Assembly (NCBI GenBank): GCA_021286705.1
Contig: JAJTBW010000003.1
Span: 1 to 49,491 of the forward strand
DNA: 49,491 nucleotides
Source of the DNA: Sphingobacteriia bacterium
GTDB lineage: Bacteria > Bacteroidota > Bacteroidia > Bacteroidales > TTA-H9
Reading direction: 5' to 3'
Positions 39,205 to 49,436 of the stretch are shown piece after piece (positions within the stretch are counted from its first letter, which is position 1; each line of letters opens with the position of its first letter). A program made the translations under genes and the position numbers. The notes below the pieces were generated by a model. It was not told where the DNA came from and did not search any database. It saw nothing but the letters and a program-made list of their open reading frames with translations.

Positions 39205-40647
39205 TTATAGTCCCAATCCGTAGTAAGCACGTACACCATTTGGATAGACGCCTTCAATAAGAACGCCTCCACGAACATCTTTTAGGGCTTTAGCAATATC
39301 TGATGAAGAGGCTACCACAGTACGGTCAATGCGAGTAATAACAAACCCCTCCTTGATTCCGATAGAAGCCAATGCACCTTGTCTTAGCTGAACAACCTCA
39401 ACACCCTGCTTGATGCCAAGCTTTTTCGCTTTATTAGCATCAATTGGTTTGAGAGAAGCACCGAGCTGATCGATGAAATAGGTCTCATCTTTCTTTACCA
39501 ATGACTTTGTTCCCTGTTCATTCATTAACGTCACAGATAGGTTTTTAGTCTCACCATTACGTTCAACGGTGACATTCACTTTATCACCAGGGCTATAAGT
39601 TGCTACTTGCTCAAGAAGCTCAGAAGTGCCCGACACAGGAAAGTTATTTACGGCAATAATCACATCGCCTGTTTTCATACCAGCTTTTTCGGCTGCACTA
39701 TTATCCATCATGCCAGATACGTAGACGCCATTCACTCTGGTATATCCCTTCTCCTCTGCCAGACCAGCATCAACCTCTCTAATCTGAACACCCAGGTAAG
39801 CTCTTTGAACAGTCCCATATTGAATCATATCAGCAACAACCTTCTTTACAATATTAACTGGTATTGCAAAGGAGTATCCGGTATAATAACCATTGCCTGA
39901 AGCTATTGCTGCATTAATACCAATGAGTTGACCTGAAGCATTAACTAAGGCACCACCACTATTTCCCCTATTTACAGCAGCATCAGTCTGAATGAATGAC
40001 TCGATAGCTCCGCCTGCAGATCCATTATCTAAGATATTAATGTTACGAGCCTTAGCACTCACAATACCGGCAGTAACCGTTGAAGAGAGATTAAATGGGT
40101 TTCCAACGGCAAGAACCCACTCACCTACCTTTACATCATCTGAGTTACCATAAACTAAAGCAGGCAGTTCTTTTGCATCAATTTTAATAACTGCGAGGTC
40201 GGTTGATGGGTCTGTTCCAACTATCGTAGCAGGGTATACTCTTTTATCATTCAAAGTTACCTCTAACTTAGAGGCATCCTGAACAACGTGATTATTAGTT
40301 ACAATATAACCATCAGGACTAATAATCACTCCTGAGCCAGTACCAACGATGGGGCCACGTTGCCGACCAAAGCCACCGGGATTAAATAAGTTATCGAAAA
40401 ATGAATCATAATAAGCATTTTTAGTTTGCCACTCAGCACTGATATGCACTACAGCGTGTACTGAGATAGAAGCTGCATCAACAAAATCAGGGACGTTTGC
40501 GGGTACAGCTGATGCTCCTGTACGGGTTACGGGTATTGTATTCTGTAATACATAACGAGGTTGATTTTTCTCAACCAACTTCCATCCTGCAATTGCTAGA
40601 ATACCTCCAGCCAGTGCAACAAAAAACAGAGCTATGTACTTCTTCAT
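39205..40647 (-). CDS. HtrA/DegP/DegQ serine protease with two PDZ domains
   Basis: GSGVII..DGYIVTNNHV, DLAVIKI, IQTDAAVNRGNSGGAL; start set at MKKY. Confidence 0.95.
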   Translation of the reverse strand: MKKYIALFFVALAGGILAIAGWKLVEKNQPRYVLQNTIPVTRTGASAVPANVPDFVDAASISVHAVVHISAEWQTKNAYYDSFFDNLFNPGGFGRQRGPIVGTGSGVIISPDGYIVTNNHVVQDASKLEVTLNDKRVYPATIVGTDPSTDLAVIKIDAKELPALVYGNSDDVKVGEWVLAVGNPFNLSSTVTAGIVSAKARNINILDNGSAGGAIESFIQTDAAVNRGNSGGALVNASGQLIGINAAIASGNGYYTGYSFAIPVNIVKKVVADMIQYGTVQRAYLGVQIREVDAGLAEEKGYTRVNGVYVSGMMDNSAAEKAGMKTGDVIIAVNNFPVSGTSELLEQVATYSPGDKVNVTVERNGETKNLSVTLMNEQGTKSLVKKDETYFIDQLGASLKPIDANKAKKLGIKQGVEVVQLRQGALASIGIKEGFVITRIDRTVVASSSDIAKALKDVRGGVLIEGVYPNGVRAYYGLGL

Positions 40648-40942
40648 TTTAATATTTGTATTAGTTGCATATTGTAATAGTTTGAAAAAGACTACCACCC
40701 TCGAGGTTAATGATACATCTTTTCAACACCCTTACACGTTTATTGTTTTCTCATTTTTACATCGGATATCGTGCCGAACCCGTATCATCATTTTGTAAAA
40801 CTTTGGTTAATTAGTGTTAACACAAATATTGTCGATTCAAAAATCAAAGACTGAAATTGTCAATTACCCTGTAAATTCAATTACTTTTGTATAATTATAC
40901 CAAAAAATTAGCCTACTCATCTTTGCCATAAGACCCCCAATT

Positions 40943-41743
40943 ATGCAAATACCTTTCTCGAAATATCATGGTGCCGGAAATGATTTTGTCATGATTGACA
41001 ACACCTCTGCCATTTTTTCAGCTAATCCTCGAACTATAAAGTCAATATGTCACCGCCGGTTTGGAGTTGGGGCTGATGGATTAATACTGTTGGAATCATC
41101 AAATGAATATGATTTTAAGATGATCTATTTCAATAGTGATGGCAACATTGGAACTATGTGTGGCAATGGAGGAAGATCGACAGTTGCATTTGCCCATCGA
41201 TTAAATCTAATAAAGAACAAAACAACCTTCCTCGCCAGTGATGGAGCTCATTCAGCCTCTATTGATGAAATCAATGGCAATATCAAGATAGTTTCGCTCG
41301 AAATGTCACCAGTCAGTAAGATTTCACCTATAGATGAGAATAGTTATTATCTAAATACCGGGTCACCTCATCTAGTTGTTTTTAAAGATAATATTGATGA
41401 TCTTGATGTCTTTTCTGAGGGAAGAAGACTGCGTTATGATAATAGATTTGCTCCGGAAGGCTGTAATGTAAACTTTGTTGAAATCATCAACAACAATCAT
41501 CTCTACGTTAGGACCTACGAAAGAGGTGTTGAGGATGAAACCTATGCTTGCGGAACCGGCATTACGGCATCTGCTCTCTCCTATGCTTTTATCAACAAGA
41601 TCATTGATGGCACCTGCGCCATAAAAGCTAAAGGGGGTGACCTAAAGGTATCTTGGCAACAAATAGACTCGCAATTTAAGAACATTATACTCAACGGCCC
41701 TGCTGAATGGGTCTTTGATGGAATTTTAGATATCAATGATTAG
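40943..41743 (+). CDS. dapF: Diaminopimelate epimerase
   Basis: KYHGAGNDF, GVGADG, MCGNGGR, TGSPH, ERGVEDETYACGTG. Confidence 0.97.
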   Translation: MQIPFSKYHGAGNDFVMIDNTSAIFSANPRTIKSICHRRFGVGADGLILLESSNEYDFKMIYFNSDGNIGTMCGNGGRSTVAFAHRLNLIKNKTTFLASDGAHSASIDEINGNIKIVSLEMSPVSKISPIDENSYYLNTGSPHLVVFKDNIDDLDVFSEGRRLRYDNRFAPEGCNVNFVEIINNNHLYVRTYERGVEDETYACGTGITASALSYAFINKIIDGTCAIKAKGGDLKVSWQQIDSQFKNIILNGPAEWVFDGILDIND

Positions 41744-42257
41744 AGGAAAAGAGATTATACTCCGTGCCGTTGAACTGTCTGATGCAAAGATCCTTTTTGA
41801 TTGGGAAAATAATCAAGAGTTATGGCACCTATCAGGCACTCGCCTCCCCTACTCAATGTATGACATTGAACAATATGTCCTAAATGCAGGCTCATCAATT
41901 GAATCAACCGGACAATATCGATTTATCATTACGAATCAAACAGATATCATTGGTATTATTGACCTCTTTGACTATGAACAACCTCATCGTCGAGCCGGTG
42001 TTGGTATACTTATAAATGAAAAGTTCAGAAATATGGGATATGCAGCTGATGCACTAAACCTTCTCTGCAATCACTGTTTCGAACAATTGGACTTTAACCA
42101 ACTTTGGGCCACCATTGGAACTGACAATATCTCAAGTCTCTCTCTCTTCAAAAAGGTTGGCTTTAAAGAGAATGGAATAAAGGAAAAATGGACTTTTTAC
42201 AATGGTAAACTACATGATGAGTACTTCTTACAATTGATAAATCCGAAACATAGATAG
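41736..42257 (+). CDS. GNAT acetyltransferase (RimJ/RimL/SpeG-like)
   Basis: LRAVE..D, IGIIDLFD, RRAGVGI, RNMGYA, N..SL.LF.K.GF; 8-bp overlap with dapF. Confidence 0.9.
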   Translation: MIRGKEIILRAVELSDAKILFDWENNQELWHLSGTRLPYSMYDIEQYVLNAGSSIESTGQYRFIITNQTDIIGIIDLFDYEQPHRRAGVGILINEKFRNMGYAADALNLLCNHCFEQLDFNQLWATIGTDNISSLSLFKKVGFKENGIKEKWTFYNGKLHDEYFLQLINPKHR

Positions 42258-42433
42258 ATCTCATCACCGTATAACACATCAACCAGCCCACTTTTCAATC
42301 TGAAAAAGAGACATGAATCTTATATTCAATCAATATCCAGGTTTAACAAATTGCTTCATTTGGAATCCAGTCTATATTCTATCGGTTATTAAATAGCAAA
42401 GATGAATTCCAGTAAGCTGAAATACAGTTATCG

Positions 42434-43516
42434 ATGAAGAATTATTACCATGACAAATTTGGGCCTAACAGGCGCAAAAAACAAAAAAGAAAAAGGTTTA
42501 TTCTTACCACACTAGCAATACTTCTTTTAATTGCCATCGGACTAGGAATTTACGGCTATCGTGCACTATTTAAAAATAATGTCTGGATAGCGAATGGAAC
42601 CTCCGACTTTGTCTTTGTAAGAACTAATTTTGACTTCGAGCAATTCAAAAAAGAACTATATGCAAAAGGATTAATTATTGATCGAAGCACTTTTGAATGG
42701 GTCTGTAATACGTTCCATTTAAATGATAAAATGCGCCCCGGTAGATATGAACTCAAAGAGGGAATGGGAAATATGGAAATTTGTCGCCTCTTATCTTCCG
42801 GACGCCAGGTTCCTGTCAAATTAATATTTCATAATATCAGAACCAATAAACAGTTCGCTGGAAAGATTGGAAAACAAATTGAAGCCGATTCAACCGAACT
42901 ACTTCACCTCTTAACTGATACGCTCTATCTTAAAAACTTTAATCAAACCCCAGCTACCGCTGTCAGCCTCTTTATTCCAAATACCTATGAGATGTGGTGG
43001 AATACCTCAGCAGAGGAATTCATACAGAAAATGGTCAAAGAACATGACAAATTCTGGAATGACGAGAGAAAACAAAAGGCCAATAACCTTGGTTTCTCGA
43101 TTGAACAAATTGTTACCATCGCTAGTATAGTGGAAGAGGAAACCAATAAAAATGATGAGAAATCACGTATCGCTGGCGTCTATATCAACCGCCTCTCTAA
43201 AGGAATGCCTCTTCAAGCTGACCCAACTCTCAAATTCGCCGCAAACGATTTTACTCTCAAACGTATTCTCAACATACATAAAGAGATAAACTCTCCCTAT
43301 AACACCTATAAAAATGCCGGCCTTCCTCCAGGCCCTATCTGTATTCCTTCTATCGCCTCGGTTGATGCTGTTCTTAATGCAGAAAAACACTATTATCTCT
43401 TCTTCTGTGCAAGACCCGACTTCTCCGGTTACCACGACTTTGCTTCATCATATGAACAACATCAGGTAAATGCCGCAAGATACAGGGCTGCCCTCGATAG
43501 ATTAAATATCAGATAA
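42434..43516 (+). CDS. mltG: Endolytic transglycosylase MltG
   Basis: TM anchor, IASIVEEE, AGVYINRL.KGMPLQADPT, SPYNTYK.AGLPPGPI. Confidence 0.96.
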   Translation: MKNYYHDKFGPNRRKKQKRKRFILTTLAILLLIAIGLGIYGYRALFKNNVWIANGTSDFVFVRTNFDFEQFKKELYAKGLIIDRSTFEWVCNTFHLNDKMRPGRYELKEGMGNMEICRLLSSGRQVPVKLIFHNIRTNKQFAGKIGKQIEADSTELLHLLTDTLYLKNFNQTPATAVSLFIPNTYEMWWNTSAEEFIQKMVKEHDKFWNDERKQKANNLGFSIEQIVTIASIVEEETNKNDEKSRIAGVYINRLSKGMPLQADPTLKFAANDFTLKRILNIHKEINSPYNTYKNAGLPPGPICIPSIASVDAVLNAEKHYYLFFCARPDFSGYHDFASSYEQHQVNAARYRAALDRLNIR

Positions 43517-43537
43517 TGATTGGAGATAGGAAGAGGA

Positions 43538-43603
43538 GAAGACTGGGAGACTAGGAGACTCGGAGACTAGGAGACTGGGAGACTCGGAGAACAGGAGACT
43601 AGG
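43538..43603. repeat. Octamer tandem repeat GGAGACTV, 8 units
   Basis: gaagactg ggagacta ggagactc ggagacta ggagactg ggagactc ggagaaca ggagacta. Confidence 0.9.
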
Positions 43604-43621
43604 CTTTGAATAGAGTAAAAC

Positions 43622-43673
43622 AAACAAGAGATCGAAATTGGTTATAAAAAACCATCTTCGATCTCTTGTTTTT
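43622..43673. terminator. Terminator between convergent mltG and ABC-F genes
   Basis: aaacaagagatcgaa...ttcgatctcttgttt, 15-bp perfect arms. Confidence 0.85.
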
Positions 43674-43679
43674 AATGAA

Positions 43680-45575
43680 TCATTGATTAATCAACTCATC
43701 AAGTTCAAGCCAACGCATCTCCTTCTCTTCCAACTGCGATTGAACTGATGCATACTCATCGAGAAGTTTTTTCAATTCAACACCATCTGAATTTTGCGAT
43801 GAAGATAACAGGGCTTCAATTTCAATCTTCTTCTTTTCAAGTTTTGGGATTTCTTGTGAAAGATCCTCAAACTCTTTTTTCTGTTTATAGGTGGCCTTTG
43901 GCTTATCTGATGTTGGCTTCGTTACTTTAGGAGTCTCCTTAGCCGCAACCGCTTTACTCTTCTCTTTTTCGATTTGCTCCTCTTTTTTTACCCACTCAAC
44001 ATAAGCAGAATAGTTTCCGGGAAAATCCTTGATATTACCCTCGCCATCAAGAACAAATAGATGCTCAGCTACTTTGTCCAAGAAGTACCTATCATGAGAA
44101 ACAACCAGAACACAACCGGGAAACTCAAGGAGGAAATCCTCCAGCAGGTTTAATGTTTGAATGTCTAAGTCGTTTGTTGGCTCGTCAAGAATTAAAAAGT
44201 TCGGGTTCTTCATTAGAGTTAGAAGAAGACTTAATTTTCTTCTTTCGCCGCCACTAAGCAAAGAATAGGGGGCATATTGCATATCATAGGCAAAGCCAAA
44301 ATGATTGAGGAATTGAGGAGCAGCCATTGAACCATTCATCATCTTAACTTCCTCAGCAATCTCCTTAACCAAATCAATAATTCTCTTATCAGAAGGGGGC
44401 AATAGACCATCCTGCTCAAAGTAACCCGGCACGAGCGTTTCACCCATCTCCACATGACCTGAGTCAGCAGCAATCTTACCGATCAAAAGCTTCAATAACG
44501 TTGTTTTACCCGCTCCATTAGGGCCTAATAGTCCAATACGCTCCCCACGTTTGAAGATATAGCTAAAGTCCTTTAGAATAGTTCTCTTGCCAAACGATTT
44601 AGAGAGATGATCAACCTCCATAATCTTTCTACCCAGACGTTGCATAGATACCGAAAACTCCGTCTCTTTTCTCTGCGAAGGCCCTTGTAACTGTGACTCG
44701 AGTTCATAGAAGGCATCCTCCCTGTATTTCGCTTTAGTAGCTCTAGCCTGTGGCATTCTTCTCATCCACTCCAATTCTCTTCTATAGACATTCATGGCTG
44801 ATTCACGCCAAGCTGCTTCATTGGCTAATCTGAGCTCCCGATTCTCAAGATACTTTGAATAACTACCTCTATGCCTATAGATAGTTCTATCATCAAGCTC
44901 AATAATCTCATTGCAAACAGCATCCAGAAAATAGCGGTCATGGGTAACAACTAATAGGCTCAACTTTGAACGATTTAGATAATCCTCTAACCATGAAGTC
45001 ATCTCAATATCAAGATGGTTTGTCGGTTCATCTAGGATTAAAAGATCGGCATCGCTAAGCAACATTGAGGCTAATGCAACCTTTTTCCGTTGACCGCCAC
45101 TAAGGACATCAGTTGGTTGATGAAGGTCGTTAATACCAAGCTTACCCAGAACCTCCCTGGCCTTATTCTCAAAATCCCATGCCTGATGTGCCTCCATTAG
45201 TGCCATTGCCTTATCAAGCTCTTTCTGTGCCTCAGCAGAGTGGTCAGCATTCATTTTCTCGAGTGCAGATTCATACTCTCTAACCGCGGATGCAATTGGA
45301 GTATCAGAAGCAAAAAGGTAATCTGAGACGGTAATTCCTTTGGGAATAGGGGGATTTTGACGAAGAAAAGAAATATGAATGTCATTTCGCTTGGTCACCT
45401 GCCCGGCATCAGGAGAATCTAAACCAGCAAGGATATTAAGAAGAGTGGTCTTCCCTGTACCATTTCTTGCAATTAGAGCCACTTTTTGCCCCTGGTCAAT
45501 ACCAAAGGTGATATTTTCAAAGAGAAGTTTTTCACCGACACTACGGGTGAGGTTAGTAGCTAAAAGAAGATTCAT
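43680..45575 (-). CDS. ABC-F family ATPase (Uup-like)
   Basis: Two NBDs (NGTGKTT/LSGGQ/LDEPTNHLD; NGAGKTT/LSGGE/LDEPTNDLD), no TM, C-terminal coiled coil ending RWLEL. Confidence 0.93.
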   Translation of the reverse strand: MNLLLATNLTRSVGEKLLFENITFGIDQGQKVALIARNGTGKTTLLNILAGLDSPDAGQVTKRNDIHISFLRQNPPIPKGITVSDYLFASDTPIASAVREYESALEKMNADHSAEAQKELDKAMALMEAHQAWDFENKAREVLGKLGINDLHQPTDVLSGGQRKKVALASMLLSDADLLILDEPTNHLDIEMTSWLEDYLNRSKLSLLVVTHDRYFLDAVCNEIIELDDRTIYRHRGSYSKYLENRELRLANEAAWRESAMNVYRRELEWMRRMPQARATKAKYREDAFYELESQLQGPSQRKETEFSVSMQRLGRKIMEVDHLSKSFGKRTILKDFSYIFKRGERIGLLGPNGAGKTTLLKLLIGKIAADSGHVEMGETLVPGYFEQDGLLPPSDKRIIDLVKEIAEEVKMMNGSMAAPQFLNHFGFAYDMQYAPYSLLSGGERRKLSLLLTLMKNPNFLILDEPTNDLDIQTLNLLEDFLLEFPGCVLVVSHDRYFLDKVAEHLFVLDGEGNIKDFPGNYSAYVEWVKKEEQIEKEKSKAVAAKETPKVTKPTSDKPKATYKQKKEFEDLSQEIPKLEKKKIEIEALLSSSQNSDGVELKKLLDEYASVQSQLEEKEMRWLELDELINQ

Positions 45576-45584
45576 AAAGCAGGA

Positions 45585-46157
45585 TTATAACTTTAAAGAG
45601 AGCGTCAAACCCGCCCCTGAGGTGATAAAACTTTCGTTACTCGATAGTTTTGGATTGAGCAACGGCTGTGAGGTGATATTAACCGAAAGATTATCTGAGA
45701 CATCGAACCCAGAAAGATGCGCATCAACGGCCGCATCGACAATATTGAGCACGTACAACAGTGTTCCCAACAATATCGTTACCTCGAAATTTCGTCGATA
45801 ATAGTTTTTCTGGCTGAGTAGCTGGTCAGCAGTATACCTCGTTGGAAGATCATTTTCATATGTGTACGTCTGATTTGTAACCTTATACTCATATGCATCT
45901 CCCCATTTTTTATATTCACTGTAGTTATTTATCCCGAAGTAGGTAAGAGCACCCACACCGGCATAAATTATCGGTATTTTCCAATATTTCTTGTTATAAG
46001 CCTGTCCCAAACCCGGTAAAGCCATAGAATACAAAGAGGCTTTACGTGGCGATGCTTTAAACGGTTTAGATAAAGAATCAGGCCGTGACGCCCTTGAAGG
46101 GTAAGTCACGGCCATCAATATTATGATCAAAAACAGAGAGATAAACTTAATCCTCAT
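45585..46157 (-). CDS. DUF5683-type membrane protein commonly found downstream of parB in Bacteroidota
   Basis: P.KA..YS..LPGLGQAYNKKYWK.PI.Y, LNIVDA.VDAHL..FDVSD; start set at ATG overlapping the parB end. Confidence 0.85.
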   Translation of the reverse strand: MRIKFISLFLIIILMAVTYPSRASRPDSLSKPFKASPRKASLYSMALPGLGQAYNKKYWKIPIIYAGVGALTYFGINNYSEYKKWGDAYEYKVTNQTYTYENDLPTRYTADQLLSQKNYYRRNFEVTILLGTLLYVLNIVDAAVDAHLSGFDVSDNLSVNITSQPLLNPKLSSNESFITSGAGLTLSLKL

Positions 46158-47058
46158 TTTGAAAGAAGGAGAGTATCTTTTTAAATTCATCATCAGAACG
46201 AAAAGTAATGCTGATAGCACCCCGGCCTCTGACATTACGTGAAATCTGCACTTTAGTACCTAGCTTTCTGGCAACAGCATCTCTGGCAGCTAGAAATTTA
46301 TCAGGAATAGCCTCTTTTTCTGAAGGTTTCTTTTTCTCGATTGGAGCAACAGGCATATTAATCACCCTTGCTCTCTCTTCAACCTCTCGAACTGAAAGCT
46401 CTTGTTCAATGGTATCACGGAGAAGCAGAAGTTGATCTTCAATACTCTCAATGCTAACGAGAGCACGAGCATGACCCATAGAGATCTGTCTATCGCGGAT
46501 TGCTACCTGAATTTCAGGAGGAAGTTTAAGCAGACGTAAGTAGTTGGCAATTGAACTTCTGCTCTGCCCAACCTTGTCAGCCATTTCATTGACACTAAGA
46601 CTGCATTCCTCGATGAGACGTTGATAGCTCATCGCTATTTCAATGGCATTGAGATCTTCACGATGAATATTCTCAATAAGAGCCATCTCAAGCATTTGCT
46701 GATCATCGGCAATACGAATATAAGCCGGGATTTCAGTCAAACCTGCAAGTTTCGAGGCTCTTAGTCGTCTTTCACCAGAAATAAGCTGATATTTATCAAA
46801 GCCTATTTTGCGTACTGTAACAGGTTGAATTATGCCTTGTTCGCGGATTGATTGACAGAGATCATTAAGAGCCTGTTCTTCAAACTCGTTTCTTGGTTGA
46901 AACGGATTAGCTTCAATTAAATCAATACTGATATTGGCAATGGCTCCTGCTACAAACTCCCCCGAGCTATCTCTCGAGGTAATGTCAGTATCAGGGCTTT
47001 CCAAGATAGCACTGAGACCCCGTCCCAAAGCATGTTTTTTAGTTTTCATGGATGACAT
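46147..47058 (-). CDS. parB: Chromosome partitioning protein ParB/Spo0J
   Basis: ALGRGLSAIL, NPFQPR, GIIQP, ISGERRLRA, ALIENIHREDLNAIE, ISMGHARAL. Confidence 0.97.
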   Translation of the reverse strand: MSSMKTKKHALGRGLSAILESPDTDITSRDSSGEFVAGAIANISIDLIEANPFQPRNEFEEQALNDLCQSIREQGIIQPVTVRKIGFDKYQLISGERRLRASKLAGLTEIPAYIRIADDQQMLEMALIENIHREDLNAIEIAMSYQRLIEECSLSVNEMADKVGQSRSSIANYLRLLKLPPEIQVAIRDRQISMGHARALVSIESIEDQLLLLRDTIEQELSVREVEERARVINMPVAPIEKKKPSEKEAIPDKFLAARDAVARKLGTKVQISRNVRGRGAISITFRSDDEFKKILSFFQNED

Positions 47059-47851
47059 TATTCTCCTCCTGCTGGTTGAGTTTGGTCAGATTGTTATTTT
47101 GCAAAATCTCTCTGGCCAGATTCAAATAATTAACAGCTCCTGTACTGGTAGCATCAAACATAATAATGCTTTCGCCAAAACTGGGAGCTTCACTGAGTCT
47201 GGTGTTTCTGGTAATCATAGTATCAAACACCATCTGCTGGAAATGAGCCTTGACTTCTTCAGCAACTTGCTTAGAAAGTCTTAATCTGCCATCATACATG
47301 GTCAAAAGAATGCCTTCAATATCCAGTTCAGGATTTAATCTACTTTGAACGATCTTGATGGTATTAAGCAATTTGCCTAAACCTTCTAATGCAAAGTATT
47401 CACATTGAACAGGCACTATTACCGAGTCTGCAGCAGTAAGAGCATTAACCGTAATTAATCCCAGTGAAGGAGAACAATCAATAATGATAAAATCGTAATC
47501 CTCAGCAAGCTTGCTGGTCACCTTTTTCATCATTCTCTCCCTGTTAGGTAAATTGATCATTTCAATCTCTGCACCAACTAAATCAATGTGCGCAGGAATG
47601 AGATCTAAGTTAGGAGTATTCGTACTAATGATAATGCCTTTGGGATCAACATCATCTATGATACATTCATAGATGCTGGTCTTGATCGCCTTCGGATCTA
47701 AACCAACCCCTGAGGTGGCATTAGCCTGTGGATCGGCATCAATAATCAGTGTACGGAATTCTAGTACAGCCAAACTGGCTCCAAGGTTGATGGCAGTTGT
47801 AGTTTTGCCTACACCCCCCTTTTGATTCGCTATAGCGATAACTTTTCCCAT
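47039..47851 (-). CDS. parA: Chromosome partitioning ATPase ParA/Soj
   Basis: ANQKGGVGKTTT, DADPQAN, IDCSPSLG, PVQCEYFALEG, LSEAPSFG. Confidence 0.97.
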   Translation of the reverse strand: MGKVIAIANQKGGVGKTTTAINLGASLAVLEFRTLIIDADPQANATSGVGLDPKAIKTSIYECIIDDVDPKGIIISTNTPNLDLIPAHIDLVGAEIEMINLPNRERMMKKVTSKLAEDYDFIIIDCSPSLGLITVNALTAADSVIVPVQCEYFALEGLGKLLNTIKIVQSRLNPELDIEGILLTMYDGRLRLSKQVAEEVKAHFQQMVFDTMITRNTRLSEAPSFGESIIMFDATSTGAVNYLNLAREILQNNNLTKLNQQEENNVIHEN

Positions 47852-47878
47852 AGAGGTATGTGCTCAAGTCGTTTTTCA

Positions 47879-47886
47879 CAAAAGTA
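47879..47886 (-). promoter_or_regulatory. -7 promoter box for parAB
   Basis: TACTTTTG. Confidence 0.6.
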
Positions 47887-48186
47887 CGACTTTTAACCCT
47901 TATCCATACATTTACCAAAAAAAAGTGAAAAGCATTTGATTTTTAACACCTTTCAACTAAAAATCTGTATTTATTCAGATACTATTATCACGTAAAACAC
48001 AATAATACAGCAGTTTATATAACCAGCGAGCACACCCTACCTATGTTAAATTTTTACTACTTCCTAGGTAATTTCAGAGCCTCCTTAAGTCATAAAACAG
48101 TAAAGTATAAATCAATTCAGTATTAACTATTTCAATAATCTTTGAGTTTAGTTCACCCCAATCAAGGTTACTAACTGAAATTGTAT

Positions 48187-48194
48187 TATTTTTG
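48187..48194 (+). promoter_or_regulatory. -7 promoter box for nusB
   Basis: TATTTTTG followed by CA. Confidence 0.65.
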
Positions 48195-48230
48195 CACCCC
48201 ATTAAATATTACGTTCCTTTAAAACATATT

Positions 48231-49358
48231 ATGCTTAGCCGCCGCCATTTACGCATCAAAGCACTTCAAGGATTATACGCTTTCCAGCAATCCGGTAACG
48301 ACAGAATGGAGCTTGCAGAAAAACAATTACTGCAAAGCGTTGATAAAATCCTGGATTTAAGCATGCACCACTTCTCTCTCATGTTCCAGTTAGCCGACTT
48401 TGCTGAAAGAAGAATTGAAGAGAACAAGCTAAAACAGCTACCCACTGCCGAGGATCTAAACCCAAACCTGCGCTTCATTGAGAATCCTTTTCTTAAAAAA
48501 CTTAGATCTAACCGAGATATATCAAGAAATATCGATCAACTTAAAATCTCGTGGGTCGAACATGAAGATCTAGTTCGGAAAATCTATAACCTGTTGCGCG
48601 AATCTGATCTATATCAGAACTACATGGCGATGGATGATGTATCTTGGAAAGAGCATCGCGACTTTATCATCTCTCTTTATAATGATTTTATCGTCAATGA
48701 CCATGTTGTTGAGTTTATCCTCGAAGAGAAAAACATCTTCTGGGCTACTGATTACCGCGAGGAAACACTGAGAGTCAATCGTCAGAATGTCTCAAATTCT
48801 GAACTGTTCAGATTTATTGATCAGGATGTCGCCATCAAACTCCTCAAGCAAAATGCAGATGAAGAGAATGGCTCTATCGAGATCCACTGTGAAGAGTCTG
48901 GCATCTACAATGAAAATGACTATTTCATTGCACAATACGTTACCGAACGTATCCTCCGTGATGTCAACGAATCGGATGATGACCTTAAAGCTCTCCCTCG
49001 TATGATCAAAGCCGACCTCTCAGTGGAATATGATGATCGACATTACCTCCTTGAACTGTTTAGAAAAACAATTATACATCGCGACGAGACGCTTGGTATG
49101 ATTGCTAAAAGAGCCGATAACTGGGAGCCTGATCGCATCGCAGTAATTGATATCATCCTTATTCAAATGGCTCTTACTGAACTTATGTACTTCTCTTCTA
49201 TCCCTATAAAGGTTACTATGAACGAGTATATCGAACTCACTAAGATCTATAGCTCTCCGAATAGTAAAATGTTCGTAAATGGTCTTCTCGATAGACTTGT
49301 AGCGGATCTGAAAGAGGAAAACAAAATTGTTAAAACCGGCAGAGGTCTGATCGACTAA
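48231..49358 (+). CDS. nusB: Transcription antitermination factor NusB, long Bacteroidota form
   Basis: MLSRRHLRIKALQ.LYA; NWE.DRIA.ID, IP.KVTMNEYIEL.K.YS...S..FVNG.LD; K.GRGL end. Confidence 0.92.
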   Translation: MLSRRHLRIKALQGLYAFQQSGNDRMELAEKQLLQSVDKILDLSMHHFSLMFQLADFAERRIEENKLKQLPTAEDLNPNLRFIENPFLKKLRSNRDISRNIDQLKISWVEHEDLVRKIYNLLRESDLYQNYMAMDDVSWKEHRDFIISLYNDFIVNDHVVEFILEEKNIFWATDYREETLRVNRQNVSNSELFRFIDQDVAIKLLKQNADEENGSIEIHCEESGIYNENDYFIAQYVTERILRDVNESDDDLKALPRMIKADLSVEYDDRHYLLELFRKTIIHRDETLGMIAKRADNWEPDRIAVIDIILIQMALTELMYFSSIPIKVTMNEYIELTKIYSSPNSKMFVNGLLDRLVADLKEENKIVKTGRGLID

Positions 49359-49384
49359 CTATCCATTTTTTTAAGCTCATTATT

Positions 49385-49430
49385 AAGAGGTCTCCATTGA
49401 TTTCATAGAGTCAATCGAGATCTCTTCTTA
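49385..49430 (+). terminator. Imperfect hairpin downstream of nusB
   Basis: aagaggtctc.attga...tcaat.gagatctctt. Confidence 0.55.
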
Positions 49431-49436
49431 TTTCGT

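Noticed and set aside
46147-47851. parAB as a plasmid or prophage marker, or as marking oriC
   Set aside because: Chromosomal Soj/Spo0J type among core genes; no rep, dnaA, perfect DnaA-box cluster or perfect parS seen
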